This document shows positions 51,453 through 62,521 of a stretch of 64,000 bases of DNA, piece by piece. The position numbers were made by a program, and so were the translations under genes. The stretch is taken from positions 224,001 through 288,000 of the forward strand of contig CAWJPJ010000005.1 of NCBI GenBank assembly GCA_963844715.1, written 5' to 3'. The stretch is from an uncultured Phycisphaerales bacterium. GTDB taxonomy: Bacteria > Planctomycetota > Phycisphaerae > Tepidisphaerales > Tepidisphaeraceae. How positions within the stretch are numbered: position 1 is the first letter of the stretch; each line of letters opens with the position of its first letter. A model generated the notes under the pieces. The model was not told the DNA's origin, searched no databases, and saw only the letters and a list, made by a program, of their open reading frames with translations.

Positions 51453-53064
51453 ATGATGAGACGGCGAATCGCACAGATCGCGGCGTTGGCGGTTTGGTGT
51501 ATCGGCGTCAGTGCATTTGGGCAGGCGTTATCCCACGAAGAGAAACTTGCGGCCGCGCAGAAGGTTTATGATCGAATTGTCCAGGCGATTGGCGACAGCC
51601 GTCCCCCGCCGCGGTTGCGCATGAAATCCAGCGTGCAGGTGGCCTGTTTCTGGCCGGATAAGAATGAGATCGATCTGGACGAGCGGGCGTTCGATCTCTG
51701 CGAGGCCCAGAGCGATCCCGATTCAGCGTTGTCGGTTTTGCTGGGCCATGAACTGGCGCATTGGTACGGCCATCACGGCTGGACCCGCGAGTTTGGGAAT
51801 TCGGTGCCAGCCGATTTGGCGGATCAGTTGCGCGTGCTCAACGCCCAGGACCAGATGCGCTGCGAAATGGAGGCGGATTATTTTGGGGGGTATTACGGGT
51901 ACTTGGCTGGCTTCAATACGCTTGGGGAATTTCCAAAACTGATCGAGGCGATTTATCGCAAATACCAGTCGATGCCGGGATATCCGACCTTGGACGAGCG
52001 CGAAGGGATCGCCCATCAGGCGGAGGAGAAACTGGATCGGCTGGTGCCGGTCTTCGAGGCCGGGAATCTGCTGCTGTCGATGCACCAGTTCGATTCAGCG
52101 GCGTTTTGCTTTGATACCATCGCGCAGGATTTCCCCAGCCGCGAAATTCTGAATAATGCTGGCGTGGCGCGGCGCAAGAGGCGACCGATTTGCTGCGCGG
52201 CGACGCGGAATTGGCGAAGTATGTTTATCCGTTCGAGCTTGATGCCGATACGCGACTCCGCCGCGATGATGTGCAAGCCCGGGGAATCGACGATGCGACG
52301 CGAAGACGCGCCTACGACCTGCTCATCGCGGCGGGCCGGGATTTCGACGACGCCAAGGCGAAGGACCCGGCCTACGCTCCCGCCTATGTGAATCTAGCCG
52401 GAGTTTACGATTTGCTCGGCGAAGAAGACCTCGCCGCCGCCTTCGCCGAAAAGGCCGGACGCGTCGCGGCCGAGTCACACGATGACCTAAGCGCCGAAGA
52501 TGCGAATATCATAATCGCCATCGTCCGGGCCCGTCAGAATCAAACCAAAGAGGCCGAGGCGATCCTTCAGGTCTGCCAAACCGATTTGGCGCGGATGAAT
52601 TTGGACATCTTGCGCGGAGGGTCCGCGCCGGCGGCCAATGCGCCAGTGGATGCGCCGGACCGGCGACTCAACCCGCGCCCGAATCCATCGCAGGGGCCGC
52701 GGCCAATGATGAGAATCCGATGGACGATCCGCCCTATGACACGATCAATCTCACGAACCTGGACAACGATCAGGCGGATGTAAGCATCCGGTCGAAGCAA
52801 ACCGATTCGTGGTCGGGATATTTAATTCAATTGGGCGATCGCGAGATCATCGCCTATCAAACCGCCGCGAATTTTAGGGGGAAGACTGCAAAGGGCGTGG
52901 GGGCGGGGGATAGTTTGCAGAAAGTCGAGGCGGCGTATGGGGAGCCGACCGATGTGATCCCGGGGAGGCAGGGGAACTCGTATCGGTTTAGCGGCAGCGG
53001 GATAATCTTTGAATTGGGGGCCGATGGAAAAGTGAGGGGGTGGGTGGTGTATTCGCCGCACTAG
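51453..53064 (+). CDS. Secreted M48-like zinc metalloprotease with TPR and C-terminal domain, frameshifted
   Basis: Signal peptide, LGHELAH, EMEADYFG, YPTLDER, TPR (AYVNLAGVY). Confidence 0.75.
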
Positions 53065-53074
53065 CGAAGTGATT

Positions 53075-53455
53075 TCAGAACTCCGCTTGCGGGTCCACGA
53101 GAGAAAGCGTTCGCAAGGTTACCTCGTCGAGAACTTCGCGAGGACATCTGGCAATGAACTGCATCGATCGTTCGCGGTAGTCAAGCTGGCGCAATGCGTC
53201 GGCAAGGATTACGGAATCGACGTCGCCGACACCGGCTTTAGGGGGAAGTTGCCCCGTGGGTAATTTGACTTCAAAGGGCCCCCCGCGCACGCGAGAGGTG
53301 ATTCCGACGCATACCGTCATACCGCTGGCGTGATTGTAGGATTTTGAACTGAGGACCAAAGCGTAATGAGGGCCCGTCAATTCGCGACCGGCGGAAGGGC
53401 TGAGATTGACATGAACGAGGTCGCCCCGATCAGGCGTGTAGGTCATGCGGGCCAT
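53075..53455 (-). CDS. mazF: MazF/PemK endoribonuclease toxin
   Basis: YTPDRGDLV, PSAGRE, ALVLS...YN, GITS, LDYRER. Confidence 0.88.
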   Translation of the reverse strand: MARMTYTPDRGDLVHVNLSPSAGRELTGPHYALVLSSKSYNHASGMTVCVGITSRVRGGPFEVKLPTGQLPPKAGVGDVDSVILADALRQLDYRERSMQFIARCPREVLDEVTLRTLSLVDPQAEF

Positions 53456-53691
53456 CAGAGAATTTCCTTGCCGATGGGACCGCTTGAGTCCCACTCGCCC
53501 TGACGGTGAGACCGCTTGTATCCGGCGACGAGTTCGGAAAGCGTATAGCGCCGCCGCTTTGATTTGACGACCTCGATCTTCTCCAGATCGAGAACGGTTC
53601 CAACATTGATATCGCGCATCTTGGCGAATTGGCTCGGGATCAACAGGGCCATGCTGCTGCCCCATTTTTTTACTTTTACGGGCGTCGCCAT
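53455..53691 (-). CDS. mazE: MazE/AbrB antitoxin
   Basis: VKKWGSSMALLIP, YTLSELV, WD.GPIGKE; GGAGG SD. Confidence 0.88.
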   Translation of the reverse strand: MATPVKVKKWGSSMALLIPSQFAKMRDINVGTVLDLEKIEVVKSKRRRYTLSELVAGYKRSHRQGEWDSSGPIGKEIL

Positions 53692-53710
53692 CGGGTGCAC
53701 CTCCACAAAG

Positions 53711-53748
53711 TGATACAAAATGATATCATAAGAATCGGCCCGTTTCAA
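53711..53748 (-). promoter_or_regulatory. Putative mazEF promoter/operator
   Basis: Minus strand TTGAAA, 17 bp, TATCAT; inverted TGATA...TATCA repeat over the -10. Confidence 0.45.
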
Positions 53749-53766
53749 GCTGAAGTTGAGGAGGAA

Positions 53767-55841
53767 TTACTGTCCGACCGTTTTCGGAATAAAAAGAAAC
53801 TGCCCCACATCGTCATCAGAATCGGGCAACGCTCTTAAATACTGCGGCGTCAGATCGTGGTAACCCGGAATCGGCAGATTGTGGGCTTCCTGCGAGACCA
53901 CGTCGTGCAGGTATTTATAGAGTTCGTCGTCGGTGACGATGCCGTCGTGGTTGGCGTCGGCGGGCATAAAACCTGAGGCGTCGGGCGTGAGGGCACGAAT
54001 GAGATTGCTGGTGAAGAGAGCTTTTCGCCCGTCATCCCAGCTTTGCTGGTTGGCGGTTCCGGCGGTGATGACGATGCGGGCTTTTTCCTTCCACATGGAA
54101 TAGATGGCGGAGATATCGGCAGGCAAGCCGCCGCGCGAAGAGGTGACGAAGCCGCTGTAGCAGCAATCGACGAGCGTGATCTGGTGGCTGGAGACGACCC
54201 GGTGGCTGATGAAGTTGATGAGGTAGCTCATGTCGAATCCGGTGTCGTCGGCGTCCGTGGGTTTGTATCCGGAGAGGACGAGGTACCCGATCTTGGGTTG
54301 CCCGGCGACTTCGCGCGGGTCCCCGTGGCCGCCGTAGAAGAAGACGAAATTGGTCCGGTTTCCGTCGGGGTAACGGGCGGTTATCCCGCCGATGTCGTTG
54401 ATGGCTTGCTCGAGGGCGATTTTCGTCGAGGGGCCGTCCGCGGCGATATTCGGATCGTCAGGATCAGTCGGGTCTGGGGGACGATCGGTCAACAGCCGCA
54501 TGTTTTTGGGGTCGAAGCCGTAGACGTCGCGAAGGAGCACGTAAAACTGCCTCGCCGTTCGGCAGGAATTCTGTAGGGCCGGGAAATCACCCTGGGGTTC
54601 GCCGACGCCGACGATGACGGCATAGCCCGGCACGTGGATGCCCTGGGAGCGGAGATCCTGGATCAGCTGGCCCGAAAGGACCGAGCCTCGCGCCTGGAAA
54701 TCCACGGGGGAAGATTCATCGGCGCGGGTGACGGGGGCCTCATTCATCGGGGACCGAGAGGAGACCTGCTGCCGATTGAGATGAGTGGTGAGTATCGAGG
54801 CGATAACCGTGACCATCACCGTAACGAACCCGGTCCCCGCGATGGCGGCGACACGCTTGGCGACCTTCTTGCGAACGTCGAAAGCCGGACGCCCTTTGCC
54901 CCATTTGCGAATAATGGACTGGATTTCGGCGCTGGTGAGCTTCGTGCCCGCGCGGGCGCGGCGACGAGCGTATAACCGAAGGGAGCGCCGTCGAACCAGG
55001 GATCTTTAACGGCGTCGGGATTCTTCGCGACCTCGGCGGCTTGAAGCGCGCTGTCCAGGTCCTTGATGGGAAGTCTTTGTATCGGGTCGGTCGAAATCAC
55101 CCAATTGCCTTTTCCCCAATCGACGACAAGCAGGAGATACGACCCGCCGGCCGGAGCCGAGGTGTCGCGGCGGCTCCAATATTTCCAGAGCAGGCTCTTA
55201 GGCTGCTCGAGGAGAAGCATGGAACTGGTCGGCGGACCCCCAGGGAGTTGGACAACCCATTGCTGGCCCCGGCGGACGTCCTCGTGGTAGACGGTTTCGT
55301 CCTTTTTCAGAAAAGCTCGTTCGCGGGCGAATTGGGACGATTCGCTGAACAGATTGGTGACGAAGGGGTCTTTGTCGGCGTCGGCGGCGCGGAGAATGAT
55401 TTGTGCGACGCGGTCCCAGTCTTCCAGGAATTTGGAGGCCGCGAATTGGTCGGTGAGGTCTTCGGCGCCGTTGTTGCGAATGGCGAGGAATAACCCTTCC
55501 ATGGAGCAATCGAGAGGCATGTCGCCCGGCTGGAGGCCCTCGCGCGCCAGCGCCGCGTATTTGGCGAACGTGGCCGCGCCGGCTGGGAGGCCCGCTCCTT
55601 CGACCAGCCGCTGGATGAAGGACGCGGCCAGCATGTCGTCGAGAGTCGGGCGCGTCGTGTCGCACGGCACGACGATGCGCTTCAGCGGGCCAGTCCCCTG
55701 GACGAAATCGGGCAGGCCGTGCGAGACGACTAAGGCGGCAAGATCGCGGCGCTGTGCATCGGACCCTTTGGGAAGAATGAAAATTTCGCCTGCGGGTGCG
55801 GCGTCCTCAGCGGGAAGTTTGTCTCGAAATACAATCTCCAT
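53767..55841 (-). CDS. Membrane-anchored caspase-family (peptidase C14) protein with unknown N-terminal domain, frameshifted near 54950
   Basis: FFYGGHG and VDCCYSG dyad; TM AAIAGTGFVTVMVTVIASIL; frames join at YTLVAAP/GTKLT. Confidence 0.8.
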
Positions 55842-55963
55842 GGGTGTACCGAGTATCATATCGTCACAACGCCCGGGATTGGTACCCCGGCCAGTCTTGA
55901 CCCGCGAGCCCTCCAAAGGTTGGTAAGCAGCAGCCCTAGAAAGATTTAAGGATCGTATAACCC

Positions 55964-56386
55964 ATGAAATCGCACACCGAATATCTGACCTTTAACCTCC
56001 CCGCCCGCATGGCTTTCCAGCGAATTACCGAGGACGTAAAACGGGTGGTGAACGCCAGCGGCGTGAAGGAGGGATTGGTCCTGGTCAATGCCATGCACAT
56101 CACCGCCAGCGTATTCATCAACGACGACGAGCCGGGCTTGCATCACGATTATCAAAAGTGGCTGGAGGAGTTAGCGCCTTTCAATGCTTCGGGCCAAGTC
56201 TATCAGCATAATCGCACTGGCGAGGACAACGCGGATGCGCATTTAAAAAGGCAGATCATGGGCAGAGAAGTGGTCGTCGCGATCACCAACGGCAAGCTGG
56301 ATTTCGGGCCCTGGGAGCAGATCTTTTATGGAGAGTTCGACGGCAGACGCAATAAGCGGGTCCTGGTGAAGGTGATTGGCGAGTAA
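55964..56386 (+). CDS. yjbQ: YjbQ/UPF0047 protein
   Basis: [37 protein letters not shown]. Confidence 0.92.
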   Translation: MKSHTEYLTFNLPARMAFQRITEDVKRVVNASGVKEGLVLVNAMHITASVFINDDEPGLHHDYQKWLEELAPFNASGQVYQHNRTGEDNADAHLKRQIMGREVVVAITNGKLDFGPWEQIFYGEFDGRRNKRVLVKVIGE

Positions 56387-56440
56387 TTTCCTGGATGACA
56401 ACGGTTGCCAACGGCGGATTCCTGGTGGTAATATGTGCGT

Positions 56441-56707
56441 ATGTCTCGCGACGCAACAATCAACGTCTCTTTAACTCCCAAGCAATTGCGGCTGCTGCGC
56501 GAGCGCGTCGAATCGGGCGACTACACGTCGGCGAGCGAGGTCGTCCGCGAGGGGTTGCGGATGCTTTTTCAAAAAAATCGTCTCGGCGTACGTACGCCTC
56601 CTGGGAAACTTCGGCGGCAATTGGAAGCGGGTTATCGGGCGACTGCGAATCGGGATCGTAAATTGGCCAAAGAATGGGAAAGACTTCCAGGCGCATGGCC
56701 AAAGTAG
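56441..56707 (+). CDS. Ribbon-helix-helix antitoxin (ParD/CC2985-like N-terminus)
   Basis: INVSLT...RVESGDYTSASEVVREGLR. Confidence 0.82.
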   Translation: MSRDATINVSLTPKQLRLLRERVESGDYTSASEVVREGLRMLFQKNRLGVRTPPGKLRRQLEAGYRATANRDRKLAKEWERLPGAWPK

Positions 56708-57063
56708 ACTATCCCCACCGGGGCGAAATCTGGGTGGTGCGATTCGACCCCGCGGTCGGCGCTGAAATTCAAAAGACGCGACCCGCTCTCGTCATTCAAA
56801 ACAATGTGGGCAATCGGGTTTCGCCAATCACAATAGTGGCGGCGATAATGTCGTCGCGGCATCGCGTTTACCCGGTCGAGGTTTACCTGCCATCCGGCGA
56901 GGGAGGTCTCGATGCCGACTCGATTGTCATGTTAAACCATATTCGGTCCGTCGACCGGAAACGGCTTATGCGACGATTAGGCAGCGTATCCGAGGAAACG
57001 ATGAAGTCGGTGGATCAAGCGATTCTGATCAGCCTGGGCGTCGATCTGTCGAGATTGGCTTAG
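56695..57063 (+). CDS. MazF/PemK endoribonuclease toxin
   Basis: RGEIWVV.FDPAVGAEIQKTRPALVIQNN, IRSVDRKRL. Confidence 0.92.
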   Translation: MAKVDYPHRGEIWVVRFDPAVGAEIQKTRPALVIQNNVGNRVSPITIVAAIMSSRHRVYPVEVYLPSGEGGLDADSIVMLNHIRSVDRKRLMRRLGSVSEETMKSVDQAILISLGVDLSRLA

Positions 57064-57084
57064 CCCGACCGGGGGCGTTGTGAT

Positions 57085-58972
57085 TCAGGGAGCTTGCGTC
57101 GCGGCCAAGGCGCTTTTGATGGCGGCTTGCAGTCCGTCGTTTATCGGGCCTTGCGGGGATTGCACGATCACATCGTCGAGTTCGATTGAATTGTTTGGCA
57201 GCGCAGATTGCGGCGGCGCATTGCTCGTCTGCGTGAATTGCAAAGCCCATTCCTTCCCCTCGGCAACGCACACGACATTTATCGCCGGGTCGGATTGATC
57301 ATTTGTGCCGGCATCGGTCACGTATTGCATGGATTTAATTTTGATTCCGAAAAGCGTGAGCCGCGAAACCCGGCAGGCGAATTCGTCGAAGGGTTGGAAG
57401 CTGTAAATGCCCGGATAAGGGTCGCCCGCGGCGTTTTTTATTGCGAAGACGGTCTGGCCCCATGTGCGGTACTTGATGCCGGAGCCGGCGCGCCACCGTG
57501 CCAGATCATCGGGGTTGGCAGTGACGTTGATCGTGACGACGTGGAATTCCTTGCCGTCATCTTCGTAGTAGCCGGTGTCCACTTTGCGGATGGCGTCCGT
57601 GATGTGGAGGCGGTCGCGAAGCCGCGCGACGGTGCTTGTGGAGGACCAATCGAGACGAACCAGCGGCCGACCGCTAAGGCGCAGGGCATCCAGGTATTGG
57701 AGACCCGGATCGTCCGCGATGGCGCGGGCCGCGGCAATTTGGACGGCGGGAGCTCCGGTCGCCTGGACGACGATTGAGCCGATCGCGTAGGCGAAGTTTT
57801 CCTCCGTGTCGGAGCACAGGGCATCGCGCAATTGCTTGGCGGAGTCCTCGCTTGAACAGGTCATCATGCTCACGCCCCCGTCCTCCAGACTGATGCGAGT
57901 GATCCGCCGAACCACCGATCGCAATTCTGCCTGCGAATCATCGACCGGCAGTTGGGCGATGGCATCGGAGAGATCTTTCCCGTCGAGCGGAGAGATTTTT
58001 TGGACAGTTATGTCGGCGTCGCTTTTCAAGGCGGCGAACATTTGCTGCTCGGTGAGCGCACTGGAATCCGGCGCGGGGGTGGCGACGGACGCGCCAGAGA
58101 GATCTAGAGAGGCCGCGGGAGTGGGGACGGCGGTTTGAACGATCGGCGCGGCGGAGGCCGTGATGGACTTGACGATTCGAATCGCCGCCGGCACGGTCGG
58201 CACAGCCACGGCGGCGGCGGTAAGTAGGATCGCGGCAATTTTTATATGAGCCCACGCCATGGCGCATCCCGGCTTTATGAGCGACGGCTGCGGCGAATGC
58301 GCCCTTGGCGACGGCACCGCCGGAAGCGGTAATCAGATGAACCAGATGAATTGGCGCCGCTTGGGTGCCGTGTTGGAGCAATTGCTCGCCGAGGAGGGCT
58401 GGCGCGGGGCTGGTTGCACCCAGGAGATTTCTCAGACGCTCCATTCCGCGTTCGACGCGTTTGCGGGCCGCGTCTTCGCCGATGCCGAGCGCGGCGCCAA
58501 CTTCACGTAAGTTCATGCCGCGCAAATATCGAAGGGCAATGGCATCGCGGTCATCGCGTTTGAGGCGCGAGAGCGCGGAGTCGAGCGAACCTTCGATATC
58601 TTCCCAGTTTTCGCGGTGGGAATTGGAGAGGATTTCTGATTTCATCTTCGCCGCCTGTTGCTCGTGGAAGGTTCGCCGCATCGTTAGTTTGATCGCGTTT
58701 TTGCAGCAGTAGTGAGTCGAGAGGAGGAGCCACCCGGCCAGGGGTCCGCGGATGGATGCCGCCTTGGTGGTCAGGAGAAGGAAGACCGCCTGGGTGATGT
58801 CTTCCGCTTGGTGCGCATCCCGGAGCTGCCGCCGGGCGGCGGAATAGACCAGGTCGGCATATCGATGCACCAATTCCGCAAACGCCTCCGAGGACCGGTT
58901 TTGGGCATATTGCCCCAAGAGCTGACGATCGTCAGGAGGGGCGGCCAACGATTGATCAGGAACTCGCGCCAT
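57085..58972 (-). CDS. ECF sigma-70 factor with C-terminal TM/extracytoplasmic extension, frameshifted
   Basis: DRQLL..Y, AFAELVHRY, AEDITQAVF, DAARKRVERG; continues into the 57085-58317 ORF. Confidence 0.85.
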
Positions 58973-59128
58973 ACATTGAATAATGTACCGCAAAATGGGG
59001 ATCGGACAGCGGTTTTGCGGGATTTTGGGCGTCCCGGAGACGGGGGAAAGGGAATACGATTTGCAATTGGCGACCGATAAATGAGTCGCCGCGGCGACAC
59101 GAATCGATAATCGAAAAGGGTGAACGTT

Positions 59129-59848
59129 ATGAGGTTGGTAATTGTTCTCGTCCTCAGCGCGGTGGCGGGGTTGGCGAGTCTATCCGTCGGGCAGTGGCAG
59201 CAGCAGCCGCAGGTGGACCAAAGGACAGGGCCGATTTATCCGCCCAATCCCGCTTACGATTTCCATTCGCGGCGGGGGAATTACGATCCCTTCCAATTTA
59301 ATTGGTATTCCGGGCAATGGGATTACTTTCCCGTGCCGTTTTCGTCGGGAGAGGCGTCGAATGAGGGGCAGCCGCCGTACGTTTACAACAATATGCTTCA
59401 GAACTGGAACGGAAATCTTCCCGAGTACGCGCCGGTACAAACTTCGCCAGGCGTGGGGTCGGTGCCCGCGCCGCCGCCGGAGAGCGAGCAACAGCCCATC
59501 GGGGACCTGGGCCTCTGGGGACCGACGAGCCGGCCCGAGGTGCAAGTCGGGACCCAGGAGGTGAAGTTCTGCGGCAAACTGACTTCGATGCGGACGATCG
59601 ATCTGATGGGCGTGGCCCATCCGCAACTTCTGCTTCGGCTCGTGAGCGCCAAGGGGGCGAAAGGGACGGTTGACGCGGGGGACAATCTGCAATTGCCGCC
59701 GCTGCATGATTTATCCGATCTTCAGATCACCGCCACGGGAAAGCTCGGGATGGTGGATGGGAATCTCGTATTGTTCGCCGACAAGCTCGAGTTTGGGAAT
59801 ACGACGGTGGATGTGAAGCGGGAGGCCACGACGCAGCCCTCGAAATAA
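59129..59848 (+). CDS. Hypothetical secreted protein
   Basis: Signal peptide, Pro/Tyr-rich region, C-terminal beta-rich domain. Confidence 0.6.
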   Translation: MRLVIVLVLSAVAGLASLSVGQWQQQPQVDQRTGPIYPPNPAYDFHSRRGNYDPFQFNWYSGQWDYFPVPFSSGEASNEGQPPYVYNNMLQNWNGNLPEYAPVQTSPGVGSVPAPPPESEQQPIGDLGLWGPTSRPEVQVGTQEVKFCGKLTSMRTIDLMGVAHPQLLLRLVSAKGAKGTVDAGDNLQLPPLHDLSDLQITATGKLGMVDGNLVLFADKLEFGNTTVDVKREATTQPSK

Positions 59849-59914
59849 ATTCGGTTTGCAAGATAACCCGGGCATGTTAGAAACCGGGCATGGCTAAAAA
59901 ACAGATTCGCAAGC

Positions 59915-60943
59915 GTGCTGCACAAGGCACGTCGTAAAGGGGCAAGCAAGGCACAACAGGTAAATCCCGGCCGGATATTGGAGATGGTCTGGGATTTTGC
60001 TAGGCCGATGATCGCCGAGGCGGCGCTGCATTTGGGCGTCTTTGACGCGATGGATGCAGGGGCGAGGACGATCGCGCAGATCAGCGAAAAAACGGGCGCA
60101 TCGGCGCGCGGGGTCACCTCGCTCATGGACGGCCTGGTGGGGATCGGCCTGGTGACCCGGCGCGGCGAGCAATTCAAGATGACGCCGGATACCGCGATGT
60201 TCCTTGTGCATGGGAAGCCGCCGTTCGTCGGGGGCCTGCTCAAACACGTGAGCGGCCAATTGATCAGCGGATGGATGAACCTGGTCGAGTGCGTTCGGTC
60301 CGGCAAGCCAACAAAATCGGTGAACCAGCAGCAAGCCGGCGGAGAATTTTTCGCGAAATTTGTCGAGGACATTTTCAATATGAGCTTCGTCGCGGCAATG
60401 GACGCGGCGGCGGCCGTCATCGACGACGAGGAGCCGGTCCGCGTGCTGGACATCGCGGCCGGGTCGGGGGTTTGGGGCATCGCGATGGCGAAGGATCGCC
60501 CCCATGTCAGCGTGACGGCGGTCGATTGGCCCGAAGTCATCCCAGTGACGCGCCGGGTAGCCGAAAAACATGGCGTCCACGAACGATTCAATTTTGTCGA
60601 GGGAGATATTCTTCTGGCGGACTATGGGTCCGGGCATCACGTCGCCACGCTGGGCCATATTCTGCACAGCGAGGGTGAAGGCCGCAGCCGGCAATTGCTG
60701 AAACGCGTGCACGACGCGATGGCGCCGGGCGGGACGATCGTGATCGGCGAATTTCTGACCGACGAGGGCCGCCAGGGTCCGGCGACGCCGCTAATTTTTG
60801 CCGTCAACATGCTGGTGAATACGGAGGAGGGAGATACATATTCATTCAAGCAGATCGCCTCCTGGCTGAAAGAGGCCGGCTTCAAAAAACCAAGGCCGCT
60901 CAAGACGCACGGCCCCTGGCCCCTGGTTTTGGCAACGGCGTAG
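59915..60943 (+). CDS. SAM-dependent O-methyltransferase (dimerisation plus Methyltransf_2)
   Basis: ALHLGVFD, VLDIAAGSG, VEGDI, HILH, PGG. Confidence 0.9.
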   Translation: MLHKARRKGASKAQQVNPGRILEMVWDFARPMIAEAALHLGVFDAMDAGARTIAQISEKTGASARGVTSLMDGLVGIGLVTRRGEQFKMTPDTAMFLVHGKPPFVGGLLKHVSGQLISGWMNLVECVRSGKPTKSVNQQQAGGEFFAKFVEDIFNMSFVAAMDAAAAVIDDEEPVRVLDIAAGSGVWGIAMAKDRPHVSVTAVDWPEVIPVTRRVAEKHGVHERFNFVEGDILLADYGSGHHVATLGHILHSEGEGRSRQLLKRVHDAMAPGGTIVIGEFLTDEGRQGPATPLIFAVNMLVNTEEGDTYSFKQIASWLKEAGFKKPRPLKTHGPWPLVLATA

Positions 60944-60957
60944 CCGCCCTAGAGGCG

Positions 60958-61098
60958 GAAACCCGAAACCAGAGATGGCGAATCAAATCCGAATCCCCAA
61001 ATGAACCGATGAGCAAATGGTCCTTTCGTTCATTTGGGCATTCGGGCATTCGGGCATTCGGGTTTGATTCGGATTTCTGGTTTCTGGTTTCGGAGTTT
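60958..61098. repeat. Palindromic intergenic repeat, copy 3
   Basis: GAAACCCGAAACCAGA...GAATCAAATCCGAAT / (GGGCATTC)x3 GGGTTTGATTCGG..TCTGGTTTCGGAGTTTC between convergent genes. Confidence 0.75.
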
Positions 61099-62330
61099 CA
61101 TTTAACGGGCTCCAGCTTCGGAACCATAATATGAAAGATAAGGAACGCAATCACATAAGCCGACCCGCAGAGCGGCAGGATATGCCCGTATTGGGAGGCC
61201 CCCTGGAGGGCGTGGCCCACATAGATTGAAAAGAGAATGGATGCCACGGCGGCGCAAGTCCCCCCCAGCCCGACGATGGACCCCACTGCCGGGGTCGGAA
61301 AAAGGTCCGCGACGACCGTATACATCGTGGCGGACCACCCTTGATGAGCCGCAGCCGCAAGAGCGAAGCAGGCCGTGGCTAGCCAAACGCTTTGCATGTG
61401 GGGAACGAAAATGACCGGGACCGTGCAGAGCGCGCAAAGAAGTGCGGCGAGTTTTCTCGAGACATTAAGCGACCACCCCAGCCGCAGGAACCATGCGGAG
61501 AGCGCCCCGCCGCCGACACTGCCGAAACAGGTCACCGTATAGACAGCGATCAGCGGCGGACCGAAGGTGGCAAGATTGAGATGGAACTGCTTGTTGAAAA
61601 AATCCGGGAGCCAAAAGAGATAAAACCACCACACCGGACCGACCAAAAGTCCCGTGGCGACATAAGCCCACGTCTGCCGGAATGCCAGCAGATCGATCCA
61701 CGGGATTGCGACCGACGGAGTTGAGGAAAGTGCCCGTCGAGGTTCACGATAGACAATCAGCCAAAGTAGAAGCCAGCCGAAGCCCGCGACCCCAAGGGCG
61801 ACGAACGCGGCGCGCCAGCCGAGCGAGAACGTGAGGATCGGGACGAGCCAGGGCGTGAGGATGGCCCCGATGTTGGACCCGGCATTGAAGATTCCCGTCG
61901 CAACCGAACGCTGCCGCGGCGGGAACCATTCCGTGACCGCCTGGATCGCTGTTGGATAATTCCCGCTTTCCCCGATCCCAAGCGCAAATCGAGCGATGCC
62001 AAATTGAAATGGCGTGCCAGCCAGGGCATGCGCGGCGGCCGAGAGGCTCCAGATGATGATGGAAACGGTGTACGAAATCTTCGTGCCGATGGATTTGATG
62101 ATCGGGCCATAGAGCACCTGCCCAATGGCGTAGGCGGCTTGGAACGCGGCCACGATGTACCCGTAGTCGGCGTCGGTCCAGTGGAAAGTTTTAGAAAGGT
62201 CCGGCTTGAGCAGCCCGAGAATCTGCCGGTCCATGTAATTGATGAGCGTGGCCAGAAAGAGCAGCGCGACGACAATCCAGGGATAACGGCTTTTGTTGGC
62301 GGCGGTTTGCGTTTCCGGCTGCAGGTCCAT
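61098..62330 (-). CDS. MFS transporter, ExuT/hexuronate-like
   Basis: INYMDRQ, GESGNYP, EWFP..RS.ATGIFNAGSNIGA, WWFYLFWLP, AAHQGWS. Confidence 0.9.
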   Translation of the reverse strand: MDLQPETQTAANKSRYPWIVVALLFLATLINYMDRQILGLLKPDLSKTFHWTDADYGYIVAAFQAAYAIGQVLYGPIIKSIGTKISYTVSIIIWSLSAAAHALAGTPFQFGIARFALGIGESGNYPTAIQAVTEWFPPRQRSVATGIFNAGSNIGAILTPWLVPILTFSLGWRAAFVALGVAGFGWLLLWLIVYREPRRALSSTPSVAIPWIDLLAFRQTWAYVATGLLVGPVWWFYLFWLPDFFNKQFHLNLATFGPPLIAVYTVTCFGSVGGGALSAWFLRLGWSLNVSRKLAALLCALCTVPVIFVPHMQSVWLATACFALAAAAHQGWSATMYTVVADLFPTPAVGSIVGLGGTCAAVASILFSIYVGHALQGASQYGHILPLCGSAYVIAFLIFHIMVPKLEPVK

Positions 62331-62521
62331 GGTTGGGATGGTGGATTAGATTCGCAGCGTGTCGGACGTGCAAGCCAGAAGGAATTGGATCGGTTAAAGT
62401 GTTCGTAGCGAGGAGGTGCGCTGGCTCGAATAGGAGTCGGCGTTGCCGATTCGATGGCGGTAGGCTGGCCTGATGGGTAAAGGATGAGCCATTTCGCAAG
62501 GCGGCCCAGGGGAGTGGTTAT

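Noticed and set aside
60958..61098. Short tandem units as a CRISPR array
   Set aside because: Units are 7-8 bp with no unique spacers, and no cas genes are present
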